Part shown: positions 26,538-39,201 of the stretch, in pieces
How the letters are laid out: the number at the start of each line of letters is the position of its first letter
Position numbering within the stretch: position 1 is the first letter of the stretch
Source: Chiloscyllium plagiosum
Lineage: Eukaryota
Assembly (NCBI RefSeq): GCF_004010195.1
Contig: NC_057719.1
Location: forward strand, 12,563,969-12,627,968
DNA length: 64,000 nucleotides
Direction: 5' to 3'
Translations under genes and position numbers: made by a program
Notes under the pieces: model-generated
Database searches by the model: none
What the model was told of the DNA's origin: nothing
The model's input: the letters and a program-made list of their open reading frames with translations, nothing else

Positions 26538-26668
26538 TACCTCACAGCGCCAGGGACCCTGGTTCAATTCCAGCCTCGGATGACTGTCTGTGTGGAATTT
26601 GTACATTCTCCCAGTGTCTGCGTGGGTTTCTTCCGGAGAGCTCTGGTTTCCTCCCACAATCCAAAGAT
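26538..26668 (+). mobile_element. HE1-like V-SINE 5' fragment
   Basis: cctcacagcgccagggacc...GGTTCAATTCC...tgtgtggaatttg. Confidence 0.8.
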
Positions 26669-27499
26669 TTGACAGTTACTTTGTCCAATGATACTTCCTG
26701 GGAACCAGCTTTGTTTTCCAACAATCAGGCCAGCCTATCTCACTAACTGAGCCATTGCACCTGCATCCAAACGTCAGTTAGGATGGCCAGTGATGTCTTA
26801 TCTAGTCTAGTTATTTCTGTGCTGTAACGGGAGCATTGTCTGCTAATCTCTATTGAAGCAGACTGTGGTTAGTCAATTATGCAGCTATAGCAGAATTAGC
26901 AGTTAGTAACTTAAAAACCATTTTATGCAGCTTTAGCAAAATTGTCAATTTGCAGCTTAGAAGCTATTTTGTTACGTTATTTGCATCGAGAATCCATTTT
27001 ATTGCGCTTTAGTTATTAAGAGCATCTGTATTCAGGTTTCATATCCTCAAGATCTGCTGTTAACTTACCAAAATCCCAGCTAATAATTATGTGCAAACTG
27101 CTACATGTTTCCTCCATTTTACTGAATGGACTGCAGTAGATCTTTAACCCAGAGACCTTGGATGACACTTTGAGATGTTTGTACTTTACTCCCCTTCCTC
27201 TGTTTTGTTTGGGGAGGACCAGGAATGAACAAATATTAAGCCTTACTATAATGATGTGGAGGTTTGAAAAACTTTACATAAAATTTATGCATAACAAAGT
27301 TTGCACCTAAAGTTTGACCACCGTGTAGTTAGAAATGATCTTTTCAGACAGTTTGTTTTGAATTATTTGACCGAAAATATCTTGAAAGAAATAGTGAGCC
27401 AATTTACGAATATGTTAATACCAGTGGTAAGGACAATACAAAAAGTTCAAAGGCTAAAAGTGAACTTGAGTCAGATTCCATCATCTAAAGACTTAACGC

Positions 27500-27830
27500 A
27501 GCATTTAAAAAGCATCTGGATGGGCATATGAATCTGGAGGGATTGGAGGGATATGGGCCGGGTGCTGGCAGGTGGGACTAGATTGGGTTGGGATATCTGG
27601 TCGGCATGAACAGGTTGGATCAAAGGGAATGTTTCCATGCCGTACATCTCTTTGACTCTATGACTCTATTTGCAGGTCAGGTGAATTGGTCATGCTAAAT
27701 TACTCATAGTGCTAGATGCATTAGTCAGGGGTAAATGTAGGGGAATGAGTCTGGGTGGGTTACTCTTCAGAATGTCAGTGTGGATTTGTTGGGTTGAATG
27801 GCCTGCTTCCACACTGTAGGGAATCTAATC
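27500..27830 (+). mobile_element. CR1 3' end followed by the 3' half of an HE1-like SINE
   Basis: gactctatgactct tail at ~27655-27668, then SINE 3' sequence ending ctaatct. Confidence 0.75.
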
Positions 27831-29970
27831 TTGAAAAAAATCGGTTATGCTTCCAAATCAACTGTCAGCTCATCAACTTTGTCTGAAGCATGTTGTTCAA
27901 GGGAAAATTATTGTTGAACTTACTGAGCCTCATTATGTGGCATCATAATAATTCCCCTTTTTACTTTTAAAAAAAATTTATTCACCAATGTGAGCATCAA
28001 CTAGACCACTACTTATTGCCCATCCCTTATTGCTAGAGTATAGTTAAGAATCAACCACATTGCTGAGAATTTGGAGTCACATGTAGGCCAGATCAGGTAA
28101 GGACAACAGTGTCCTTCCTTCAAGGACATTAGTGAACCAACAATCAACATCCGTTTCACGATCATCATTCGACTCTTAATTCCAGACACTTTTTTTAAAA
28201 AGTAGAATTTAAATTCTACTATCCCAGACTGTTGCCTGGATCTCTGGATTAATTGTCTAGCGATGATGCCAGTGGGCTGAAACCTCCCCCCCGCCCCCAT
28301 ACTCAGGTGACATACAAGACAAATGTTCTCAAAAATGCATTTGCCCACTCTGCATGGAAGTTGTACATTTTTGGTTTCATTTTAAGTGCCACAGGTTCAT
28401 TCAGTTTTTGCTCCATTTTGTTTGTTTTTTGTGACATCACTCTGAATTTACACCTCTGGAACACCAAGAATGTTGCTCCTTTCAAATGTGGAGGTATGGG
28501 AGGTCACTTGTCTCAGAGGGCCCCATCAGCTCACATTGCTCAGATGGTATAGGCCAGCATTCTCTGTAAGTTTTATTTGTCCTGCATCAACCTATTATAC
28601 GAGTGCTGAAGGAAGAAAAAATCCTGCATGTTTACAGACAGTGAGCAGAGAAATGGGACTAACTTGAGCTGTTCTTGCAGAGTCTGTATGGACTCAATGG
28701 GCTTAAATAGTCTATGTGTCTAGTAATATACTGGCTTCAAACATCTGTTCTGAGCACACTTTTTATTCATTTGTTTGCATTGTCAACACAAAATTTACTT
28801 AACCCTGCAATGACAGTCCACTTGGACCAAACAAACGATGCAAGAAGCTGAACAAGGCCTGTTATGCACTTTAGCTATGTAGATTCCAGAAGCACAAACC
28901 ATGCAGTGACATAACAATCAATGTACAGTATAGCTGGGTAGAGATCCACTGTCCGAGATTATGAGATATCTATGTTGGAGACTTGGAACAAGGCAGTGGC
29001 ATATGGAAATAACACCTCTCCAGGTCACACACTATCATTTGGAAATCATCGTAAAGTTAAAATTCAGAAATTCTTTCCTTATTACATGAGCCACAATGGT
29101 TCGACCGATTGGCTCACTAGCACTTTTTCCAAGGGCAATTAGCAATGGCTAAGAAATACTGACTTTGCTAAATTACTGATTGGTCCCAAATATAAAACAG
29201 GGATTGTTCTTTTAGAAAGTAAATATCAACCAAGGCTTGCATTCATAAAGTTTAGGAACATTTGTGGTAAATCACATTCAGGACATTGAGTTTTAAGTGC
29301 AGGACTGCATGCATACATACACCCCTTTCCTGAACTTGCTGTTATTTGCCTCCTGATCAGTGAGAAAATGTCAAGTTGAATTATTCAATGGTCATTTGTC
29401 TTTTTCAAAGGGGAAAGTTTATTGTTCAAATTTATACAAGAAAACACATCTCACTTGTCACTCCAGATTATAAGAAGCCTTTGCTTATTGTTCAATGCTG
29501 TTTTATCCCCTCAGCTCTTGAGGATATCTCTTACTGGAATATGGATCCATTTACAAAATCCTCAAACCCATAACAAGTAGTCACTTTTCACATCTAGGTT
29601 TAAAAAGTGAGAGTCATATGTTTTGCCTGATTGTGTGAATAAAGACTGGGCAAAGAGAAAAGAGCCTTCCCAATACTCCTCCAAACATTCAGCTTGAGCG
29701 AGGACCAAGAGGCTGTTGGGAAAGTAAATTGATCCTATAAAAACTTGCCTTGCGAATAGGCGGAGCACATGCTGAGCAGGAGCGGACACGGGACGGCCAG
29801 GTAAGTGAGGTAATATATTTGGGTGGTTGCTTTACCCGAAACACTACTTAGGTAGTGTCTCCCACTCATCCTCCTGTAACCAAAAAAAAAGGTTCTGTGC
29901 GCCAGTTTGGTAAGGTTACTAGATTTTTATCAATAGTTTCTTTGGGAATTCAGAACAGTGGGTATGGATG

Positions 29971-30095
29971 ATGAAGGGCTTTTGCCCGAAACATCGATTT
30001 CCCTGCTCCTCGGATGCTGCCTGACCTGCTGTGCTTTTCCAGCACCACTCTAATCTAGACTCTGGTTTCCAGCATCTGCAGTCCTTGTTTTTACC
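29971..30095 (+). mobile_element. PLE family A terminal fragment inserted at the CR1 ORF1 start codon
   Basis: atggatg duplicated at 29964-29970 and 30096-30102. Begins inside the hammerhead core. Confidence 0.8.
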
Positions 30096-31173
30096 ATGGA
30101 TGTTAGGGCAGTTGTATGCTCCTCCTATACAATATGGGAGGCAATGGTCACCACCAGTATCCATGCTGACTTCGTCTGTGGGAAGTGCACCCAACTCCAG
30201 TTCCTCAGAGACCACGTTGGGGAGCTGGAGCTGGATGAACTTCAGATCATTCGGGAGGCTGAGGGGGTAATTGAGAGGAGTTACAAGGAGATTGTTACAT
30301 CTCAGGTACAGGAAAAAAGTAGATGGGTTACAGTCAGGGGATTGAAAAGGTACAGACAGACAGTACAGGGATCCCCTGTGGCCGTTCCCCTCAACAACAA
30401 GTATACTGTTTTGGATTCTGTTGAGGGTGTGGACTTACCAGGGGTAAGCCGTGGGGGACGGGTCTCTGGCAGAGAATCTGTCCCTGTTGCTCAGAAGGGG
30501 GGAGAGGAGTAGAGCATTAGTCACTGGGGACTCCATAGTTAGGGGGACAGATAGGAGGTTCTGTGGGAACGAGAGAAACTCACAGTTGGTGTGTTGCCTC
30601 CCAGGTGCCAGGGTGCAGGATGTCTCGTATTGTGTTTTTAGTATTCTTGAGGGGGAGGAGCCCCAAGTCGTAGTCCACAAAGGCACCAATGACATATGTA
30701 GGAAAAGGGATGGGGCTGTAAGGCAGAAATTCAAGGAGCTAGGGTGGAAGCTTAGAGCTAGAGCAAACAGAATTGTTATCTCTGGTTTGTTACCTGTGCC
30801 ACGTGCAAGCGAGGCAAGGAATAGGGAGAGAGAGAGAGCAGTTGAACCCATGGTTACAGAGATGGTGCAGGAGGGATTCAGATACCTGGATAACTGGGGC
30901 TCATTCTGGGGTAGGTGGGACCTCTACAANNNNNNNNNNNNNNNNNNNNGGGGGGGGGGGGGGAGGCAGTGGGTGCTCATTGCTAATGTTCTTTTGGGAG
31001 GATTTAAACTAATTCAGCAGAGGGATGGGAACCTGAACTGTAGCTGCAGCATACAGGAGGTTAAGAGTAGTGATGTCATGAATAAGGTTGCAAGGTCGTA
31101 GGTATGTAACAGCAGGCAGGAAGGTGGCTTGAAGTGTGTGTACTTCAGTGCCAATAGTATCCAGAATAAGGTG

Positions 31174-31387
31174 TGAGCTGAAAATGTGTTGCTGGAAAAG
31201 CGCAGCAGGTCAGGCAGCATCCAGGGAACAGGAGAACCGATGTTTCGGGCATAAGCCCTTCTTCAGGAGAAGGGCTTGTGCCCGAAACGTCGATTCTCCT
31301 GTTCCCTGGATGCTGCCTGACCTGCTGCGCTTTTCCAGCAACACATTTTCAGCTCTGATCTCCAGCATCTGCAGACTCACTTTCTCC
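31174..31387. mobile_element. Miniature fold-back PLE (family A), two inverted pLTR ends, 14-bp TSD
   Basis: TSD tccagaataaggtg at 31160-31173 and 31388-31401. Arms ~90 bp, nearly perfectly complementary. Confidence 0.88.
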
Positions 31388-31610
31388 TCCAGAATAAGGT
31401 GGGTGAACTTGCAACATGTGTTTATACCTGGGACTTCAATATGGCCATTTCGATGACATGAATAGAGCAGAGTCAGGAATGGTTGTTGCAGGTCCTGGGG
31501 TTCAGATGTTTCAGTAAGATTAGGGAAGGTGGTAAAAGATGAGGCATTGTTAGTCAAGGATAAAAATCACACAACACCAGGTTATTGTCCAACAGGTTTA
31601 ATTGGAAGCA

Positions 31611-31645
31611 CACTAGCTTTCGGAGCGATGCTCCTTCATCAGGTG
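31611..31645 (-). ncRNA. Minimal type I hammerhead ribozyme motif (family B)
   Basis: cac-CTGATGA-A-GGAGC(atc)GCTCC-GAAA-GC-TA-gtg: stem I cac/gtg, 5-bp stem II, palindromic AGCT stem III. Confidence 0.75.
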
Positions 31646-31664
31646 ACTGTGATCATCCTTCATC

Positions 31665-31696
31665 CTGATGAAGGAGCGTCGCTCCGAAAGCTAGTG
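31665..31696 (+). ncRNA. Minimal hammerhead ribozyme motif (family B), inverted partner
   Basis: CTGATGA-A-GGAGC(gtc)GCTCC-GAAA-GC-TA-gtg. The 5' strand of stem I is altered. Confidence 0.65.
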
Positions 31697-34600
31697 TGCT
31701 TCCAATTAAACCTGTTGGACTATAACCTGGTGTTGTGTGATTTTTAACTTTGTACACCCCAGTCCAACACCGGCATCTCCGAATCATTAGTCAAGGATAG
31801 TATTACAGTGGCAGAAAGGATGTTTGATGAGGACTTGTCTACTGCGGTAGTAGAAACAGGAAAGGTCACCTTGTTGGGAATTTTCTATAAGGCCTTCAAA
31901 AACGTTCCAGGATGTAGAGGAAAGGATAGCAAAGATGATTCTGGATAGGAGCAAAAGTAACAGGGTAGTTGTTATGGGGGACTTTCACTTTCCAAATATT
32001 GACTGGAAATGTTATAGCTCAAGTACCTTAGATGGGTCAGTTTTTGTCCAAAGTGTGCAGGAGGGTTTCCTCTTGCAGTATGTAGATAGGCCAACAAGAG
32101 GTGAGGTCACATTGGATTTGATATTGGGTAATGGACCAGGCCAGATGCTAGATTTAGAGGTGGGTGAGCACTTTGGTGATAGTGATCACAATTCAGTTAC
32201 ATTTACTTTAGCGATGAAAAGTGATAGGTATATACCACATGGCAAGAGTTATATCTGAGGGAAAGGCAATTAAGATGCGATTAGGCAAGATTTAGGATGC
32301 ATTGGATGGGGAAGGAAACTGCAGAGGGAAAGCACAACTGAAATGTGGAGTTTGTTCAAGGAACAGCTACTGCATGTCCTTGATAAGTATGTACATGTCA
32401 GGCAAGGATGAATGGTTGAGCGAGGGAACCGTGGTTTACTAAAAAGGTTGAATCTCTTGTCAAGAGAAAGGAGGAGGCTTATATAAAGATTCAACGTGAA
32501 GGCTCTGTTAGGGCGCTTGAGAATCACAAATTAGCCAGGAAGGGACAGAAGTTTTTGGCAGGTAGGATCAAGGAAAACACTAAAGGTTTCTATAGGTATG
32601 TCCAGAATGAAAGAATGACTAGAGTAAGATTAGGGCCTGTCAAGGACAGAAGTGGGAAGCTGTGCTCAGATCTCTTACCCACAGAGATAGGAGAAGCGCT
32701 AACGGAGTATTTTTCATCAGTATTCACATAGGAAAAAGACAATGTTGTCGAGAAGAATACGGAGATACAGGCTATTAGACTAGATGGGACTGATGTTCAA
32801 TGAGGAAGAGATGTTAGCAATTCCAAAAAGTGTGAAAATAGGTAGGTCCCCTGGTCCATATGGGATTTATTCTAGGATTCGCTGGGAAACTAGGAAGGTG
32901 ATTGGAGAGCCTTCGGCTTTGATCTTTATGTTGTCATTGTTATTGGGATTGAGGGTGATTTGAGAGAAAGTGAGGGCTGCAGATGCTGGAGATCAGAGCT
33001 GAAAATGTGTTGCTGGAAAAGCGCAGCAGGTCAGGCAGCATCCAAGGAACAGGAGAATCGACATTTTGGGCATAAGCCCTTCAGGAAGTTTGGATCAGAA
33101 ATTGGCTAACTGAAATAAAACAGAGGGTGGTGGTTCATGGGAAATGTTCATCCTGGAGTTCAGTTACTTAGTGGTGTACTGCAGGATCTGTTTTGGGGCC
33201 ACTGCTGTTTGTCATTTTTATAAATGACGGGGATGAGGGTGTAGAAGGATAGGTTAGTAAATTTGCAGAAGTCAGTGGATATGTGGACAGTGTGGAAGGA
33301 TGTTGCAGGTTACTGAAGGACATAGTTAAGTTGCAGAGCTGGGCTGAGAGGTGTAAAATGGAGTTTAATGCAGAAAAGTACGAGGTAATTCACTTTGGAA
33401 GGAGCAATAGGAATACAGAGTACTGAGCTAGTGGTAAGATTCTTGGTAGTGTGGATGAGCAGAGCGATGTCGGTGTCCACGTGCACAGATCCCTGAAAGT
33501 GGCCACCCAGCTTGATAGGGTTTTTAAGAAGGCATGCGATGTGTTTGCTTTATTGATAGAGGGATTGAGTTTTGGGGTCATATTGCAGCTGCACTTGGGA
33601 GTATTGCGTACAGTTCTGGTCGCCACATTCTTGGAAAAGCGTGGAAGCATTGGCTAGGGTGCAGAGAGGATTTATCAGGATGCTGCCTGGTATGGAGGGG
33701 GGGTCTTATGAGGAAAGGCTGAGGGACTTGAGGCTATTTTCATTAGAGAGGTGGTTAAGAGGTGACTTAATAGAGACACATGAGATGATTAGAGGTCAGG
33801 TAGAGAGTGAGAGCCTTTTACTCAGATGGTGATGGCTAGCACGAGGGGACATAACTTTAAATTGAGAGGTGATATATATAGAACAGATGTCAGGGTTAAG
33901 TTCTTTACTCAGACTAGTAAGGGTGTGGAAGGCCCCACCTGTAACAGTAGTAGACTCGCCACCTTCAAGGACATTTAAATGGTCATTGGATAAATACATG
34001 GATTGTAATGGAATAGTGTAGATTACATGGGCTTCAAATTGGTTTCACTGGTCGTCACAACATCAAGGGTCAAAGGGCCAGTACCACGCTGCACTGTTCT
34101 ATGTGTGGGATTTCCATTGAGAGCAACATATTCTTTTCTTTTCCTCACTCAAGTAGTAACCTGAGCCAAACTGCAGCCTTCTGAGGCAGGGTCAACCTTA
34201 GGACATCTCGGTCTGAAAAATTCTCATGCACATTCTGTTAATCAAACAGACACATTAAGGAAGCTGCAAGAGGCATTATGAACACTGATCCTTGTGATGT
34301 TACTCCATGCAAATTGCATTCCAGAAATCTTGAACTTTACTACATTTTTTTCTATAAATCCCATAATCTATAAAACCACAAAGCATTTTATAAACAGTTT
34401 AATTTGTCAATGCTTTCTACATAATCAGTTACAATGAACTCAAACAATCAGGAACATAGAGCTTCATGTATGATTAAGTGTTTCTGCACTACCTCCTCCC
34501 AATTTGAAAGGGGAAACCTCAACACAGGGCATTGAGGTGAGACTCTTCACACTCCAACCAAGATTTATTTGAATATCTTATTTCCAATACAAATTCACAA

Positions 34601-35601
34601 TTTTTCTTCAGTACAACTTGACATCGATTGATGTGAATGGGAAGCATTGGTTTTGATCTTACAGAATTAGATAAATCTTTGAGCAATCTATGCAGTTTGG
34701 AAGGTAGAGAACATAAACTCACTTAGAAAAAGGAAGAGAAAATATATACCTGGTCTAAAGAGAGGAAACGTTAGAATCTACAAGGCACATGGTAACAGGG
34801 CACTTGTACAGATATTCAAATTTTTAATTTGGGATCTTTCTGGTCTGAGAGACTCAGTAATTCACCAGATCAGTAAAAGTGTCTCTGCTGTTAGCTTATA
34901 TCCAACTTGTTTTTTCAAAATATATCTGTCCAAGGCACCTAAATTATAATCATTTTCTTTCTGAATTGTTTTGGGACAAAAGTCAAAACTTCTAAACCAA
35001 ATGACGTTTTTCAGAAAACTGTACTTTACACAAATAAACTGCTCAGTTACATTTGTTTCTCATCAACCTAATGCCTGTGCATTCAATATCTCCAATTAAA
35101 TAAAAAAGTACAGAAATATTGTCAATTTTGAATTTTTTACACTAAAAAGGATATCATAATGGTTTGAGGCTGCATACTTGCATAGCTTTAACTTACATTA
35201 TTCACAAGATCAGTCATGTTATTTTGTGTGAATCATATTTTGAAAAACAAACTGGGCAATTTGTTCAAATTGAGAGAAAAGCAGATTTTCAAACAAAAAA
35301 AAGTTATGTTTATGTCTTAATGTGTGCTACATGATCAGAATTTGACAACTTCTGCAGCTTAAAATCTGATTTAAGGGATAACATTTAGCAACTTGAGGTT
35401 ATGTTCAAAATTGCTAAAAACAAATCAGTCAAAAATAATTTCCTTTCTTTTTCTTTCGCCATGCTGACATCAGCTGAAAGGACCACATTGAAATATGTTA
35501 CACCCGCGCACCCATTCGTGCCAAATTTGCTTAGTCAGATTCGATAGGGCAATAGTGACGAGCATGTTGAACGTACGGCTTGCCATCTCAGTGAAGTGAA
35601 C

Positions 35602-35706
35602 TTAGCGGCCCATTGTTGGCATGACAACAGATGGGCTGGTTAACGTAGCATCTTCCTCCTTCCACTGGGATGTGACTGTCTTTACTTGAGTGTAGAACTG
35701 AATACC
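35602..35706 (-). CDS. ALDH6A1: ALDH6A1 (methylmalonate-semialdehyde dehydrogenase) last exon (GIQFYTQVKTVTSQWKEEDATLTSPSVVMPTMGR*)
   Basis: tag acceptor, TAA stop. C-terminus matches human GIQFYTQLKTITSQWKEEDA...VVMPTMGR. Confidence 0.97.
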   Translation of the reverse strand, partial: GIQFYTQVKTVTSQWKEEDATLTSPSVVMPTMGR

Positions 35707-36551
35707 CTAGAATGAAATGTGAACAAAACAAAAGCTAAAAGCCTGTATGTACATATGTATCCATACATAGCATTTGGTTTCAGAGTTGAGTTCAGCATTA
35801 TTTCATAAGTTCAGCCCAGCCCAGACAGGTGTTCACATTCAAATCACTGGATCCGTTTCTGACCAGCAGTACCAAGACTCCAGAACCAACCTTGAGGGTA
35901 AGAATTAAAGATTAACCTCCAGGACACCACTGCAAGCAAATACACCAGAGAAGTCAGAGGACCAATATTGTTTTCAAACTTTTCTTCAAAACACCTTTAT
36001 TCTGATGTCTCATGATTTTGTAATTAATCTCTTGACCTTCAAATGAAAATGTCTTCTCTCAGGTAATCCATTTCTAATGGTTGTGGAAAATGGCTGTCTG
36101 TGTCATGACACTGACACGGAAAAGTATGAAAATCTGGTGGTTGGAGGCAGAAAGGCAACTTCTGGGAAAACATCTAACCAGTTCCACCACCAATATTAAA
36201 TAGATTGGCATTACACACAATTTTATTTTGAGAGCTAGAACCAAATCCTGGAACCATTGGGGCTCAAATGCAACTGTAGCTTTATACATCTTACAGTTGA
36301 AAGCTCTTCAAAAGGAATGGCTGTGAGTGAAATCTACTGCTAAGATGCAACTGATGGTCCCTTATTGGAATGGACATTCTAGCAATACTCCATAAGTGGT
36401 GAGGGCTCTTGTGCAACCAAGATGTTAGGATCTGAGAAAGGCAAAAGGCAGGCTGTAGGAAAATCATTGCAGAAAAGATAGGTGATTAACCATTTAATCT
36501 CTAGATTTACATTGCTGCTGCCTAACTGGCTTTGGGGATTAACACACATAC

Positions 36552-36650
36552 CTGCTTGCCATAGAAGTTGGTATCACCCCTGAATGAACCTCTTGATCCA
36601 GTGAATGAGAACATGGGCAAAGGAACTGGGATAGGCACGTTCACGCCAAT
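36552..36650 (-). CDS. ALDH6A1: ALDH6A1 exon 11 ([33 protein letters not shown])
   Basis: 99 nt, AG/GT boundaries, diagnostic MMSDH motif. Confidence 0.97.
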
Positions 36651-37399
36651 CTGAACAGAAGGGTTAAAATATTGTCATAATAAAGAGAGCAAAGCACAGG
36701 GTGTCAAACAGATATATATTAAATTATGAATAGCGGTTATGATGTGGTGCCTGAGTTCCTCAGGAGGCATGTTGGTACCTCAAATATAAAGTTGGTGAGA
36801 AGCACATCTGAGAGGGGTTAGGTGATAACAGAAGAATGGGAAACAAGGTCTGCTGTTATCACCCAAATTAGTCATAGTCATAGAGATGTACAGCATGGAA
36901 ACCCTTCAGTCCAACCCGTCCACGCCGACCAGACATCCCAACCCAATCTAGTCCCACTGGCCTTTTACTTATGCAATAAATGTTATTTAACATAAGCTCT
37001 ACTGGAGAGAGAGATTTTGGACATTACAGATTTCATAATAAAAATCAATTAAAATTGTTCTGATTTAACAAATGTACAGCAGCTTACAATAAGACCAGAA
37101 GAGCATGAGACCTTAAACTATGATTTAAAGAGGCTATAAAGGAGACAATTTCAACAAAGCCTTTTTTGGTCATTCATGGGTGATGGGTGTGTTACTGGCT
37201 AGGTTAGCGTTTATTGCCTATCCCTAAAAGCCCATAGGACAGTTAAGATGAACTCCCTTCAATAATTTTGTTCCATATGGAAAAGAAAAATGAGAAAGTT
37301 ATCAGGTTGCTATAGTGACTTGACCAATCTAAATGAAATATGGAGCACATAAACATGGTTCTAATCTCTCCTCTAATGCATTATTTTCACACATTCAAG

Positions 37400-37632
37400 T
37401 ATGGAGTTTGCACATTCTCCCCATATCTGCGTGGGGAGATGTGCAGGTTAGGTGGATTGGCCATGCTAAATTGGCCATGCTAAATTGTCCATAGTGTCCA
37501 GGAATGTGCAGGCTAGGTGTATTAGAGTGGGATAGGGTAAGAGCGTGTATCTAGATGGGATGCGCTTCCAAGGGTTGGTGTGGACCCGATGGGTCGAATG
37601 GTCTGCTTTCACACTATAGGGATTCTATGATT
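37400..37632 (+). mobile_element. 5'-truncated V-SINE in ALDH6A1 intron 10
   Basis: ggagtttgcacattctccc V domain; gattctatgatt tail. Confidence 0.7.
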
Positions 37633-38057
37633 CATGTTGGTAGCAGAAAGAGAGAAATAGATAAGGCACATAGACTGGACATCTCGAGTACTGCCTGGAA
37701 ATCAACTCACACAACACAAGTAATAGCCAGAACATATAAAACTACAAACATTGCAGTAAGGTACCACTGCTTGATTGAGGATTTAAAATCTCATATTTTT
37801 ATCTACCAAGAACTGTACTGAGCTCTTAGTCAAGCAAGTTACATAGAGATCAATCCAAATAAATGTGGAACAACAAAAGTGGTTGAGAAACTCAGGTGTT
37901 GCAGCATTTCTGGAGAAAGAAACAAGTAACACCGAGTCCAAATACTCTGCTGAGCTTCTCGAGCATTTTTATTTCAGATCTCTAGCGTCTGCAGTATTTT
38001 GCTTTTATTTGAGTATGGTCACTCTGAGAAACTGTGGAGCTATGTTTAAAAACATAC

Positions 38058-38237
38058 CTGTCCCACATCAACATGGTGTGTGAATTTACGAGCTGTGGCA
38101 CCGTTAGTGGTGAAGATGGCAGTGCCGTTTCCATAAGGGTTTTGGTTGATAATATCGACAGCTTCATCTAGTGTTTCTGCTTCCAGTACTACTAGGACGG
38201 GTCCGAAGATCTCTTCGGTGTAGCACTTCATTTGAGG
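38058..38237 (-). CDS. ALDH6A1: ALDH6A1 exon 10 ([15 protein letters not shown]...[19 protein letters not shown]...VGQ)
   Basis: 180 nt, AG/GT boundaries, ALDH EEIFGP motif. Confidence 0.97.
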
Positions 38238-39201
38238 CTACAGAGACAACAAATAAAACAAAAATGCCTTGTTAACTGACCGGTAACTATATACTACTCT
38301 ACATCAGAAGAGGTTACAAGAACAGGTCAGAGACTAAGAATCCTGCAATAAGGAATATATTTTCTGACTCTCCAAAGCCTGTTTATCATCTAAAGAGACA
38401 AGTCAGAGTGTGAGCCAGTGTAGACACGATCGGATGAATAGCCTCCTTCTGCACTATGATAATTGTTACCGAGCTCTTAAAAGGATTTGATTTTGGATTC
38501 AAACACATGCAGCAAAACAAATCATGTTCTATTTACATTGAGAAAAAAAAAATTCTACCCTTTTTTTGTGATCTTAAAATTTATACCTACATTTGTTTGC
38601 CAGCCTGTGGCAACAATTCACCATTTACCCCATCGCAATTCTTAATAATGTTGAAAACCTGTTCTCAGTTTTATCCACTTCAACTCCAATGAAAAAGCCA
38701 CAACTTGTCAACATTTCCATTATAAATGCAAACTGTGTCAAACTATTTCTTTTTGAGTAACGGCTTGCATTCCACTAATCCACGTTTGATTTACCATTTA
38801 ATTTTCTTTAATACTTAATTTTCTACTTTTATTCCTCTTAGCTCTTAGCTAAGCAGTATCGTTTAAACTGGCCAACTTATACATTACAATTTGACAGCAA
38901 AGATTAGAAACATCATTGAAGTAGCAAAGTACATCAAGAGAGGAGGATAACCAAAGCCTTTAAATCAAACGTGGGAATCGTTTTAATCTGGTGAACAATA
39001 ATCACTATTCTTGTATTTGGACTCAACAAATATTTATTAAATCCTCTCAGGCTAGTTCAATTCCTGAAGCATGTGTGTAACTCATCACACCCAGAGGCAC
39101 TGCCAACCAATACCTTCTAATTGTTTTAGGGCAAATTACTAGTTGACATATTGAGCAGCAAAGAATTACAAAATTTGAAAGGCTTGTCATCTGGCCAATT
39201 A

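Larger units (their letters stand above)
31563..31786. mobile_element. Miniature fold-back PLE-derived element (family B), 13-bp TSD
   Basis: TSD ttagtcaaggata at 31550-31562 and 31787-31799. Arms ~80 bp inverted. Confidence 0.85.
29690..34104 (+). mobile_element. Formerly full-length CR1 LINE (5' UTR, ORF1 Cys-rich + SGNH esterase, ORF2) with four nested PLE-derived inserts and an RT-core deletion
   Basis: MDVRAVVCSS...FVCGKC, LVTGDSIVRG, VHKGTNDI, MGDFHFPNIDW, GDSDHN. The RT core is missing around 32940-33088. Confidence 0.88.

Noticed and set aside
30096..31101. Stand-alone SGNH hydrolase gene
   Set aside because: It is CR1 ORF1, frameshifted and directly followed by the ORF2 endonuclease.
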